Positions 52,134-61,294 of a stretch of DNA of 64,000 bases are shown piece by piece. Under the pieces are notes generated by a model. That model did not search any database. It was not told the DNA's origin and saw only the letters and a program-made list of their open reading frames with translations. This DNA is from Deltaproteobacteria bacterium. Lineage in GTDB: Bacteria; Desulfobacterota; Binatia; Binatales; Binataceae. How positions within the stretch are numbered: the first letter of the stretch is position 1; the number at the start of each line of letters is the position of its first letter. Where the stretch lies: assembly GCA_021831785.1 (NCBI GenBank), contig JAKBMB010000028.1, positions 162,620 through 226,619 of the forward strand, written 5' to 3'. A program made the position numbers and the translations under genes.

Positions 52134-54221
52134 ATGATTACGTGTCCGCAGTGTGGCCAAACCGCCCCCGACGGAACTCGCTTCTGCGAGCGATGCGGGC
52201 GCCAGTTGCTCGAATCCGATCCGAGTTGGCTGTTGCCCGCGCTCGAGGCGGGCCGCGAGCTTGGGCGTGGGTACAAAATCGTCGAGGTGTTGAGCCGGAC
52301 CGGCGCCGAGAACTGGTATCGCGCCGTGCGAAACGAAGCGCCGGGGCAGGAGCGCCGCATGTTGGTGAGAGAGCGCCTCAGCCCGCGGAGCAGCTCGATC
52401 CTGCTTAACGAGATCGTCAGCGAACAGCCCGCGGGCAAGAACGAAGACGATCCGGCTGGACCCAAGGCCCCGACTCAAGAGCTACCGCCGGTCGCCGCCG
52501 CCGGCGGCAAGCCCTCTGAAATCGCCCCGGCCAGCGAGAACAAGGTCGCGAGCGAGACTGCCGAGCCGCCACCCGAGACTGCCGGCGGTGACGTTGAAGC
52601 GTCCCCTTTAGCCGACGTCCAAAGCGCGCTAAGCCCGGGCGAGCCGCTCGCGGCGCCCGAGCCCTCGCCCGACAGCGAAGGAGCCCAGGCGAGCGCCCCG
52701 AACGAGGAAGACGGCGGGCAAGAGGCTGACGCGCCGACACCAGCGCAACCCGAGCCAGGCGGCGAAGGCGCCGGCGCCGGGCGCCCGCAGCCCACTGACA
52801 TCGAGGCCCAGCCGGTGGACGACTTGGGCGAGCTTTTTGACCGCGTGCGCGACGTGTCGCGCACCCTGAGCCATCCCGCGTTTCAACGCGCTGTGGATAG
52901 CTTTCGCGACGACGGACGGGTCTATTTGGCGTACCCCGACGAAGCGCTAGTAAAGCTCTCCGCCCGAGCACCGGGACTTAAGATGAGCGAGGCGCGGGCG
53001 CTTAGCCTGGCGATTCAGGTGTGCCAGGCGGTAGGTGTCGTCCATAAGCGCGGCTTTCGCATGAACGATATCTGTCCGGACTCGGTTGCCATCGCGCCGG
53101 ATGGCCGGGTCAAGCTCACCGGTCTTGACTGGATCACGAATGATAATGAAGTCGTCGCGGACCCGCTGCTCAACGATGGCTACACCGCGCCGGAGGTCTA
53201 CCGCGGCCAGCGGGTGGACAAGCGGGCGGACATTTTTTCCGTCGCCTGCCTGTTGTACACCTGTTTGACGGGGGAGCGGATTGAATGCGAAACGTGGCTG
53301 GAGGAAAGCGCGCCGGTCCGCTTTTATCCTCCCCACGTGGTAACGCCGGCGCTGGAGAAGGCGCTGCGTCGCGCGCTCGCGTTTCGGCCCGAGGACCGCT
53401 ATTCGGGGATCGATGAATTCAAGAGCGAACTGGTGAAGCTTAATTCGATGATACGCCTGCGCTCGGCCGCGATCACCGACGTGGGTATGGTTCGCGAGAT
53501 GAACGAAGACTCGATCCTGGCGTTGGAATACTTCCGCGACTCGCTGATTGAGCCTGGACAGGCGTTTCTCTACGTGGTTTCCGACGGCATGGGCGGGGCG
53601 GCGGCGGGAGAGGTCGCGAGCGCGATAGCGGTGGAGACCATCCGCGATTATGTGGAGAAGTTCACGGCCAAGGACGCGGAGAAAAAGCCGGGCCTAGCCG
53701 AGATTTCCATCGGCGCCCTGGAAGAAGCCAACCGCAAAATCATTGAATACCAGCAGACGCGTCCCGAGGCGCGCGGCATGGGCGCAACGGGCGTGATCGC
53801 CCTGCTGCAGCCGCCGAAAGCGGCGATGGCCTGGGTAGGCGACAGCCGCGGGTATCTTCACGACGCCAACGGGCTGCGCCAAATCACCAAAGACCATTCC
53901 CTAGTGCAGCGTCTGGTCGACATCGGCCAGATCACGCCCGAGCAGGCGCGCCATCACGAGCACAAGAACGTGATTCTGCGGTCTCTCGGCGCGCGCCAGA
54001 GCGGTCCGGCCGGGGCCGAAGCAGTGGATTTAACGCTCAAGCGCGGCGACCGGCTGTTGCTGTGCAGCGACGGCCTTATCGCGCACGTCGAGGACGGCCA
54101 GATAAGCGAGGTTCTCGATCGCCACAGCGATCCGGTCGAGGCCGCGCGTGAGTTGATAGTAGCGGCCAACGCGGGTGGCGGCACGGACAATATTTCCGTG
54201 ATCCTGGTGTTCGCGGAGTAA
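52134..54221 (+). CDS. Zinc-ribbon + degenerate kinase + PP2C phosphatase fusion
   Basis: CPQCG..CERCG; kinase C-lobe GYTAPE..ADIFS lacking HRD/DFG; PP2C REMNED, SDGMGG, VGDSR, CSDGL, GGTDNISV. Confidence 0.88.
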   Translation: MITCPQCGQTAPDGTRFCERCGRQLLESDPSWLLPALEAGRELGRGYKIVEVLSRTGAENWYRAVRNEAPGQERRMLVRERLSPRSSSILLNEIVSEQPAGKNEDDPAGPKAPTQELPPVAAAGGKPSEIAPASENKVASETAEPPPETAGGDVEASPLADVQSALSPGEPLAAPEPSPDSEGAQASAPNEEDGGQEADAPTPAQPEPGGEGAGAGRPQPTDIEAQPVDDLGELFDRVRDVSRTLSHPAFQRAVDSFRDDGRVYLAYPDEALVKLSARAPGLKMSEARALSLAIQVCQAVGVVHKRGFRMNDICPDSVAIAPDGRVKLTGLDWITNDNEVVADPLLNDGYTAPEVYRGQRVDKRADIFSVACLLYTCLTGERIECETWLEESAPVRFYPPHVVTPALEKALRRALAFRPEDRYSGIDEFKSELVKLNSMIRLRSAAITDVGMVREMNEDSILALEYFRDSLIEPGQAFLYVVSDGMGGAAAGEVASAIAVETIRDYVEKFTAKDAEKKPGLAEISIGALEEANRKIIEYQQTRPEARGMGATGVIALLQPPKAAMAWVGDSRGYLHDANGLRQITKDHSLVQRLVDIGQITPEQARHHEHKNVILRSLGARQSGPAGAEAVDLTLKRGDRLLLCSDGLIAHVEDGQISEVLDRHSDPVEAARELIVAANAGGGTDNISVILVFAE

Positions 54222-54226
54222 AGGTA

Positions 54227-56596
54227 ATGCCCGCGGCTTCGACAGGCGATTCGTCCGGCACCGGGCCGCTGGCGGTCGGCACCAGGCAGCAGGGCCGCTA
54301 CGTCATCGAGCGGCTTCTCGGCGGCGGCGGGATGGGAGTGGTCTACCTGGCGCGCGACGAGCGGCTGGCCAACCGCCCGTGCGCAATCAAGGAGATGATC
54401 GATCACTTCATCGACCCGCAGCAGCGTCGTCAGGCAAGCGAGTATTTCGCCCGTGAAGCCGACACCCTGGCGCGTCTCAAGCATCAAGCGATCCCCTCGA
54501 TTTTCGATCGCTTCGACGACCGTAACCGCCATTACCTGGTGATGGAGTACGTCGAGGGGCGCAACCTCGAGGACGAACTCGCCGCGCTCGGCCGGCCGAT
54601 GGCTGAGAGCAAGGTGATCGACATCGCGCGCCAGCTCTGCGATGTGCTTTCCTACCTGCACAATTTTAACTCGCCGATCGTCTACCGCGACATGAAGCCG
54701 TCCAACGTCATGATGACGCCCAGCGGACGCGTCGTACTGATTGACTTCGGCATCGCGCGGTTGTTCAAAGGAGTCAGCAAGGGCACGATGATCGGCACTC
54801 TGGGATTTGCGCCGCCCGAGCAGTACAAGGGCGAGGTTGACCCGCGGGCCGACATCTATTCGCTCGGCGCCACGCTGCACTATATCGTGACCGGGCGCGA
54901 CCCGGAGAAGTTTCCGCCGTTTAGCTTTCCTCCGGTGCGTGACCTGCGCCCCGAAGTCTCGAACCGATTGGCCGGAGCGATCGACCGCGCATTGGCGTAC
55001 AAGGTCGAAGCGCGCCCGCAAACCGTGCATGAGTTTCGCGACATGCTGCTCTACGGCACCGGCCTGGAGGGACAGGCGGCGGCGCGGGTCAGCCCGCGCA
55101 GCGGCACCGCCGAGCTGACCAAAAAGAGGGTGCAAAGACGGGCCGCCGCCGAGCGCCAGCCGGTAAAGCGGCGCCGATGGCGGCGCGTTGCCGTGCTGGC
55201 GACCCTGACCCTGACCATCGGGGCGGCCGCCTTTGGCGCCACCTACGTCTATCACGACCCGGCGCTCCAGGCGCAGTTGGGCATCAAACCGCTGATTGAC
55301 AGCTTGCCTTGGAAGCGCGCCCAGTTATTGGCGCGCGCTCGCGCCGACCCGCTAAGCTTACAAGGGCTAACGATACGGCTGACTTCGCGGGAAGGCTACC
55401 CGTTGTCGGTGCCGAAGACTTCGTTTTTGAACACGGATTTCGCCTCTTCGCGCTACCTAGGCTGGACCGCGAGCGTGAAGAACAATTTGGCCGGACTCGA
55501 AGCCGGCTCGCAGACGGTCAGCGCCCGCATTTACGGTCCAACGGGCGTCCAGGTGGCTTCGAGCGACGCCAGTCGGTTCGTCGGCACGGACCAGACCGCG
55601 GTCGATTTCGGCGGGGTCGCGCTGATGCCGGATTTGTCGGCCGGGCCTTACGGAGAGTATCGAGTGGCGCTTTACCGAGGCGATCAAGTGCTCGGTGAGC
55701 AGAATTTCTCCGTCCAGGAAAACCTCGAGGCCAAGGCCAAAGCGCAAGCCGAGCAGGCGTCAGCGCGCGCCGCGGCTGAGGCCGAAAAGAAGAAGGCGCA
55801 AGAGCAGCAGATGCGGCTCGCCGCGGTCGAGCAGGCGCGCCGCAAGCCGCTTACCCTGGAGAGCGTCGATTTTCTCAACACCACCAAAACCGGCACGCCG
55901 CTTTCCGGCTACAGCAATACATTTTATGCTTCAAAGGTATTGTTCGTGGCATGGGTGGCCAAGTTCAAAAACCGCCTGTACAATCTCGACGTCGGCCAGT
56001 ATCGCGTGGATGCCGCGTACGTGGGGCCTGATGGCCGCGTGTTGGGCAGCGTCAGCGATTACAAGTTGGTCTCGACCAGCGCTACAACCGCGGAGTTCAC
56101 CGGTCGGATTGGCAATGCCGCCGGGGGCGCCTTCTTACCCGGAACTTACACGGTGAATTTCTACCTGGACGGGAAGCTCTTGACCGAGAAGCGGTTTCAA
56201 GTTATCGCCGACACCGGTCCCCGCGGCAACTTCGCCGTACGCGGCCCGAGTTCGAGGCCCCTCAGGAGTGGCGCGAACGCCAACCCGCGGCTCGATTCGC
56301 CGCTGGTCGCTAACGGCAAGATAGAGGGGCTGGCCGGCGCGCAGGGAGCGCCGATTGAAGTCCGCCTCAGGCCTCAACCGAACAGTTTCCTGCGCGGCGA
56401 ACTCGTCATCCATTATCCCGGCTACGGGGTAACTGCGCTCAGCGGCTTTGTGCGCGGCGAGCACATCGAATTTGAGGTCGCTTACGGAAGCAATATTCTC
56501 TACTTCGAAGGCCGGGAGTCCAACGGAACCTTGAGCGGAGTTTTTCAATCGCAGCCGTCGGGCGCCAGCGGCACCTGGAAAGCCAGCATCAACTGA
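54227..56596 (+). CDS. Transmembrane Ser/Thr protein kinase with extracytoplasmic beta-rich domains
   Basis: LGGGGMGVVY, AIKE, YRDMKPSN, DFG, GFAPPEQ; basic stretch plus TM helix; duplicated ~125-aa domain. Confidence 0.92.
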   Translation: MPAASTGDSSGTGPLAVGTRQQGRYVIERLLGGGGMGVVYLARDERLANRPCAIKEMIDHFIDPQQRRQASEYFAREADTLARLKHQAIPSIFDRFDDRNRHYLVMEYVEGRNLEDELAALGRPMAESKVIDIARQLCDVLSYLHNFNSPIVYRDMKPSNVMMTPSGRVVLIDFGIARLFKGVSKGTMIGTLGFAPPEQYKGEVDPRADIYSLGATLHYIVTGRDPEKFPPFSFPPVRDLRPEVSNRLAGAIDRALAYKVEARPQTVHEFRDMLLYGTGLEGQAAARVSPRSGTAELTKKRVQRRAAAERQPVKRRRWRRVAVLATLTLTIGAAAFGATYVYHDPALQAQLGIKPLIDSLPWKRAQLLARARADPLSLQGLTIRLTSREGYPLSVPKTSFLNTDFASSRYLGWTASVKNNLAGLEAGSQTVSARIYGPTGVQVASSDASRFVGTDQTAVDFGGVALMPDLSAGPYGEYRVALYRGDQVLGEQNFSVQENLEAKAKAQAEQASARAAAEAEKKKAQEQQMRLAAVEQARRKPLTLESVDFLNTTKTGTPLSGYSNTFYASKVLFVAWVAKFKNRLYNLDVGQYRVDAAYVGPDGRVLGSVSDYKLVSTSATTAEFTGRIGNAAGGAFLPGTYTVNFYLDGKLLTEKRFQVIADTGPRGNFAVRGPSSRPLRSGANANPRLDSPLVANGKIEGLAGAQGAPIEVRLRPQPNSFLRGELVIHYPGYGVTALSGFVRGEHIEFEVAYGSNILYFEGRESNGTLSGVFQSQPSGASGTWKASIN

Positions 56597-56695
56597 ATGG
56601 ATACGCCACCAGGACTTACCCTCCGGGAGCAGGAGCGTACGGCCGAGGCCGCCCCCGCGACGCGCGTCCCACTCAGCCGCCGGCACCGCAGCTAA

Positions 56696-57682
56696 ATGGC
56701 AAGCACGCTTTCGCGCGAAAAACTGATCTTTTACAGCGTGGCGGGGGGGCTCGGCGGGCTGGCCGCGTGGGGCGCGGCTGAGCCGTTTATGGGCATCCGC
56801 AATGTGTACGTGCGAGCCCTGATTCTCGGCGCCTTTATCGGCGCCTTTATCGGCGCCTTTTTGGCCTCGATCGAGGCGTTGAGCGTAAGCCAGCGCCGAC
56901 TTGCGCTGCGCGGCATGCGCGCCGGTGGCTTGATCGGCGCGCTCGGCGGGGCACTGGGCCTTTTGGTGGCCGAGGTCGGCTTCGATCTGTTAGGGGGCCT
57001 GATTGGCCGCGTCGTCGGCTGGGCAGTGCTCGGCGTGGTGGTCGGGTTCGGCACCGGGTGGGCGTCGCGGTCCGAGGCGCGCCTGCGCAACGGTGCGCTC
57101 GGCGGTATACTGGGCGGCGCGCTGGGCGGCTTCCTGTACGAGGCGCTGACGACGCTGCTACCCCAGATGCTCGCCCGTCCGCTCGCGCTCGTACTCGCTG
57201 CGAGCAGCGGGCCGGCCGGCGGCGGCGCGGGCGCGGCGGGTGCGGGATTGAGCAGCGGCGAGGTGATGAACGCGGCGCAGATGATCGGGTTAGCGATAGC
57301 GATTGTCGTGCTCGGCGCCCTGATCGGTTTTTTCATCGGCCTGGTGGGCGAGCTCCTCAAGCAGGGCTGGTTCATGGTCGTGCGCAGCAAAAGCCGCAAC
57401 GCGCGCGAAGGACGCGAGTACTCCTTGGTCAAGCAGGTCACGTCGGTCGGCCGCGCTGAAGAGTGCGACGTGGGCCTGTTTGGCGACCAGAGCGTCGCGC
57501 CTCGCCACGCGGTCATCCGGCGCGAAGGGCGCAACTTCTACCTGACGCCGAGCTCCGGCGCTCAGGTAATTGTCAACCGCGCACCGCTTAACGGTCGCCA
57601 TCTGCTGCGCAGCGGTGATAGAGTTGAAGTTGGAGGCACCTTGCTTCTGTTTCGGGAGCGCGTCCAGAGTTCGGCACGGTGA
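56696..57682 (+). CDS. Gly-rich multi-TM protein with C-terminal FHA-like domain
   Basis: About 6 Gly-zipper hydrophobic segments; VGRAEECDV..RHAVI..LRSGDRVEVG. Confidence 0.85.
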   Translation: MASTLSREKLIFYSVAGGLGGLAAWGAAEPFMGIRNVYVRALILGAFIGAFIGAFLASIEALSVSQRRLALRGMRAGGLIGALGGALGLLVAEVGFDLLGGLIGRVVGWAVLGVVVGFGTGWASRSEARLRNGALGGILGGALGGFLYEALTTLLPQMLARPLALVLAASSGPAGGGAGAAGAGLSSGEVMNAAQMIGLAIAIVVLGALIGFFIGLVGELLKQGWFMVVRSKSRNAREGREYSLVKQVTSVGRAEECDVGLFGDQSVAPRHAVIRREGRNFYLTPSSGAQVIVNRAPLNGRHLLRSGDRVEVGGTLLLFRERVQSSAR

Positions 57683-58463
57683 CCTCGGTCACGTGGCCTT
57701 AAAGAGTGATTTTCGGTTTTATTACGGATGGCTTGTCTGGCTGACGTTGACCGGCTGCGCGAGCACCAAGACTTCTCCGTCGCTCGCGAATCTCCCGCCC
57801 AGCTCGGTCGTGACCGTGCAATACTACCCGCGCTTTCTCAAGGGTTACGAAGACAGTTACCCGCTGCGGCCGATAATGGTGTTGCGGCCGGTCGACGACC
57901 GCGAGTTTCCCCAGCGCTGGAGCAAAGACCATCAACCTTCGAATGGGTACCCGGCGGTCGGCGTAATCATGGACGCTAAACAACAGGTCATCGAACGGCT
58001 GTACGCCCAACCGTTTGTGGACCTCGTACAAAAGGCGCTGGCGCAGGCGGCTGCGGAAGCAGGAATGACCACCGTCATGTCAAATCAAACCAGTTACGGG
58101 AGCGCGTTGACGTCCAGCCCGCCGGCCTACGTCCTGGCCAGCCGCATCACTCGATGCTGGGTGGAGAGAAAGCTCGATGTCAGCGATGGCGGCCTGGGCG
58201 TCTGGCGAAGCTGGGCCGAGTTCGACCTCGAGGCGACGCTGTACAAAGTGCCCTTTCGCGTTCCGTTTTGGCAGGCGAAGTCGATATCCGTGTTTTACGA
58301 CCCGCCGCCGAACACGTTCGATCCGGGCCTAGCCAGCGAGACCGCGCTCTACGAGAGCCCGAACGAGGTGCTCTCGGTGGCCCTCACGAAGGCGGTCGCC
58401 GGCATCTTCAACCACTACGACCTGCGCAGTCTCGTCACGCAAGACCGCGTGCTGACGCAGTGA
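57570..58463 (+). CDS. Hypothetical lipoprotein
   Basis: Lipobox LTGC; true start probably near 57680-57700. Confidence 0.6.
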   Translation: MSTAHRLTVAICCAAVIELKLEAPCFCFGSASRVRHGDLGHVALKSDFRFYYGWLVWLTLTGCASTKTSPSLANLPPSSVVTVQYYPRFLKGYEDSYPLRPIMVLRPVDDREFPQRWSKDHQPSNGYPAVGVIMDAKQQVIERLYAQPFVDLVQKALAQAAAEAGMTTVMSNQTSYGSALTSSPPAYVLASRITRCWVERKLDVSDGGLGVWRSWAEFDLEATLYKVPFRVPFWQAKSISVFYDPPPNTFDPGLASETALYESPNEVLSVALTKAVAGIFNHYDLRSLVTQDRVLTQ

Positions 58464-58530
58464 AGGCAGCCGCCGGCGCGCGGCCGCCCAACCATGGTCC
58501 GGTCTTAAAAGCGCTTTGGAGAGGACTCAG

Positions 58531-59454
58531 ATGACGGACAAGGTCAAGGAGATTCTTAGTTGGTATGAGGGAGCCAATCCCGGCGTTCTAAGCCAACTGG
58601 CACGCATACTTAATCACGGCCGGCTCGGGGGAACAGGTAAGTTTCTTATACTTCCGGTCGACCAGGGTTTCGAGCACGGACCGGCGCGCAGCTTTGCTCC
58701 AAATCCGCCGGCCTACGACCCGAATTACCATTTTCGACTGGCGATTGACGCCGGATGCAACGCTTACGCCGCGCCGCTGGGGTTTCTCGAGGCCGGCGCG
58801 GCGCGATTCGCGGGCGAAGTTCCGCTGATCCTCAAGCTAAACAATCACGACCTGTTGATGGACGAGCGCGACCCGATTCCGGCCGTAACCGCGAGCGTCA
58901 AGGACGCGCTGCGGCTGGGATGCGCGGCGGTCGGGTTCACGATCTTTCCGGGTTCCGCGATGCGGCGCGAGATGTACCAGGCGCTGCGCGAAATCGCGGA
59001 GCAGGCAAAAGAGCACGGCCTGGCGGTCGTCGTATGGTCTTATCCGCGGGGTTCGGCGCTGAGCAAAGAGGGCGAGACCGCGCTCGACGTAATTGCCTAC
59101 GCGGCGCAAATAGCGGCGCAACTCGGCGCGCATATCATCAAGGTCAAGCTGCCGACCTCCCACCTCGAGCAGCCCGAGGCGCGCAAGGTCTATCAGGCGC
59201 AGAACGTACCGCTCGAGCCGCTGTCCGCGCGCGTACGCCACGTGGTGCAGAGCGCCTTCGACGGGCGGCGAATCGTGATTTTTTCGGGCGGCCCCAAGGA
59301 CAGCGACGCGGCTCTGCTCGACGAAGTGCGTGCCATCGCCGAGGGCGGCGGCTTCGGTTCCATAATCGGCCGCAACTCCTTCCAGCGGCCGCGTGGAGAA
59401 GCGCTCGCGCTGCTGGCGAAGATCGCCGACATCTACATGAGCCACCGGTCCTGA
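58531..59454 (+). CDS. fbaB: Class I fructose-bisphosphate aldolase (DhnA type)
   Basis: ILPVDQGFEHGP, WSYPRG, HIIKVK, FSGG, IIGRNSFQR. Confidence 0.92.
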   Translation: MTDKVKEILSWYEGANPGVLSQLARILNHGRLGGTGKFLILPVDQGFEHGPARSFAPNPPAYDPNYHFRLAIDAGCNAYAAPLGFLEAGAARFAGEVPLILKLNNHDLLMDERDPIPAVTASVKDALRLGCAAVGFTIFPGSAMRREMYQALREIAEQAKEHGLAVVVWSYPRGSALSKEGETALDVIAYAAQIAAQLGAHIIKVKLPTSHLEQPEARKVYQAQNVPLEPLSARVRHVVQSAFDGRRIVIFSGGPKDSDAALLDEVRAIAEGGGFGSIIGRNSFQRPRGEALALLAKIADIYMSHRS

Positions 59455-59792
59455 TTCAGCCCCGGACATCGGCCCGCGCTTATTGAGGATTGCAAAACAT
59501 TGAGACCGCGCGCGCTCATGGCTTTGCGCGGCGCTGGGGGCTGCACGATACAAGCTCGAATGCCAAAGAAACGCGGAACGCAGCCGCCCCTCTTTACGGC
59601 TCAAAGTCACCTCAGCATTGACAGCGCGTAACCGCCGTGACAAAAACTACGCTTAGCCCGCGATAGACGGCAAAGGGCACTCAAGGTTGGGGGCGAGCCG
59701 TTTGCTGCCTTTCGCAGCATGAGGCCCGGCCTGTGCTTGCCGGGCAGGTCGAAGGACGCTCGCGACGGCGCTTATCAGCGGAGTAACCAGAC

Positions 59793-61271
59793 ATGTCTCG
59801 AGGGGTGGCAATGAGACGACCGACGACGGCCCTGAATCGCACCGCCTTTGTGGTCCTAGCTTCACTCGCTGCGTTGGGCACGCTCTATCTTGGCGCGAGG
59901 CGGGCTTTCGCCCAGAACAACGCTCAGCCGGTCACGCTTACCATCCTGGGAATCTCGGGCTGGACGCCGAGCGAGCTGGCCGGCAAGATGGCGCCTGAGT
60001 TTCAGGATTACGCTAAGCAGACCGGCGGCCTTAGTGTTCGCATAAAGTTCGAGGGAGCGCCTTTCTCCGCGCTGGAGCAAAAGGCGGCGACTTCTTTGGC
60101 TGCGCACTCCAAGGAATACGATATCATCATCAGCGATAGCCAGTGGCTGGGGGCCCTTTCCACTCCGGGATGGATCGTGAAGCTCAACGATATTATCCAG
60201 CGCGAACCGCTGCTCAAAAGGGCGGAGGGCAGCTTTAACACGATTACGCGGTGGGCCTACCAGACCTATCCTTACGGCAGCGATAACCTGTGGGGGTTGC
60301 CCCAAGAGGGCGATGTGCTGGCTTTGTATGTGAGGAACGATCTTGCGCGGGACGCCAAAAACCAGGCTGCTTTCAAGGATAAGTACGGCTGGAAGCTTCC
60401 CACGAGCTTCGAGGAATGGGAGCAGGTCACATGGCCCAAGTTCGAGCAGATTATGGGCTTTTTCAACCGCCCCGATCAGGGCCTTTACGGCTTTGCCGGC
60501 GAGTACTCGAAGACTTACGATTTTATCTCCGACCACGTGATGTCGATGATGTGGATGTGGGGCGGCGAAATTTGGGACTCTAACGCGCACCAGGTCTACG
60601 GGATACTCAATAGCCCGCAGAACAACGCCGCGCTCGAATACTACATCGCGCTGCTCAAGTATCAGCCCCCCGGAGCGAACACGTTCGACATCAACGGCGT
60701 TATTCAGTCGCTAACCCAAGGCAAGGCGTTTTCGGGTCTGACGTGGGCGGCGGTCGGCCCAGCCATACTCACGCCTGAGATGAAGGATAAAATCATCGTG
60801 GTGCCGCCGCCCGGCCGGATAGTCAATGGTAAGATGGTGCGCATCTATTGCGTGGGCGGCCAGCCATGGGTCGTCAACAAGTTCATCGATCGCCAGCATA
60901 TGCGCGCGGCGCTTGAGTTTCTCAAGTGGTGGTACTTGCCTGAGACGCAGATGCGCTTTGCGCGGCTGGGCGGAAATCCTGTTGCTCAGTATGTGCTGGA
61001 CCGACCGGGTTTTGAGCAAATCCAGCCGTGGTATCGCGAATATCGTTACATGCTGGTGACTGAGCGGGCACGCGACTTTTGGCACAATCCGACGTACGCT
61101 TCCCTGCTGGAGGTCCAACAGGAGGCGTGGACCGCGTATGCTACCGGCGTGGTGAACAGCGCCAAAGTGGCCAATGATTATGCCGCCTGCGGCCAGCAGA
61201 AGATTCTTTACGATGCCGGCTTTGCACGTCAGGCGCCGCCCAGTTCCTGCGAGGAAGTCCGCCTGCGCTAA
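59793..61271 (+). CDS. Carbohydrate ABC transporter substrate-binding protein
   Basis: Signal peptide, YDIIISDSQW, LWGLP; first gene of a CUT1-type operon. Confidence 0.85.
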   Translation: MSRGVAMRRPTTALNRTAFVVLASLAALGTLYLGARRAFAQNNAQPVTLTILGISGWTPSELAGKMAPEFQDYAKQTGGLSVRIKFEGAPFSALEQKAATSLAAHSKEYDIIISDSQWLGALSTPGWIVKLNDIIQREPLLKRAEGSFNTITRWAYQTYPYGSDNLWGLPQEGDVLALYVRNDLARDAKNQAAFKDKYGWKLPTSFEEWEQVTWPKFEQIMGFFNRPDQGLYGFAGEYSKTYDFISDHVMSMMWMWGGEIWDSNAHQVYGILNSPQNNAALEYYIALLKYQPPGANTFDINGVIQSLTQGKAFSGLTWAAVGPAILTPEMKDKIIVVPPPGRIVNGKMVRIYCVGGQPWVVNKFIDRQHMRAALEFLKWWYLPETQMRFARLGGNPVAQYVLDRPGFEQIQPWYREYRYMLVTERARDFWHNPTYASLLEVQQEAWTAYATGVVNSAKVANDYAACGQQKILYDAGFARQAPPSSCEEVRLR

Positions 61272-61294
61272 AGTAACTAGAGTAAACCGGGGCG

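Noticed and set aside
59600-59792. Possible riboswitch in the leader of the sugar ABC operon
   Set aside because: Has GC-rich hairpins and a TTGACA, but no recognisable aptamer consensus
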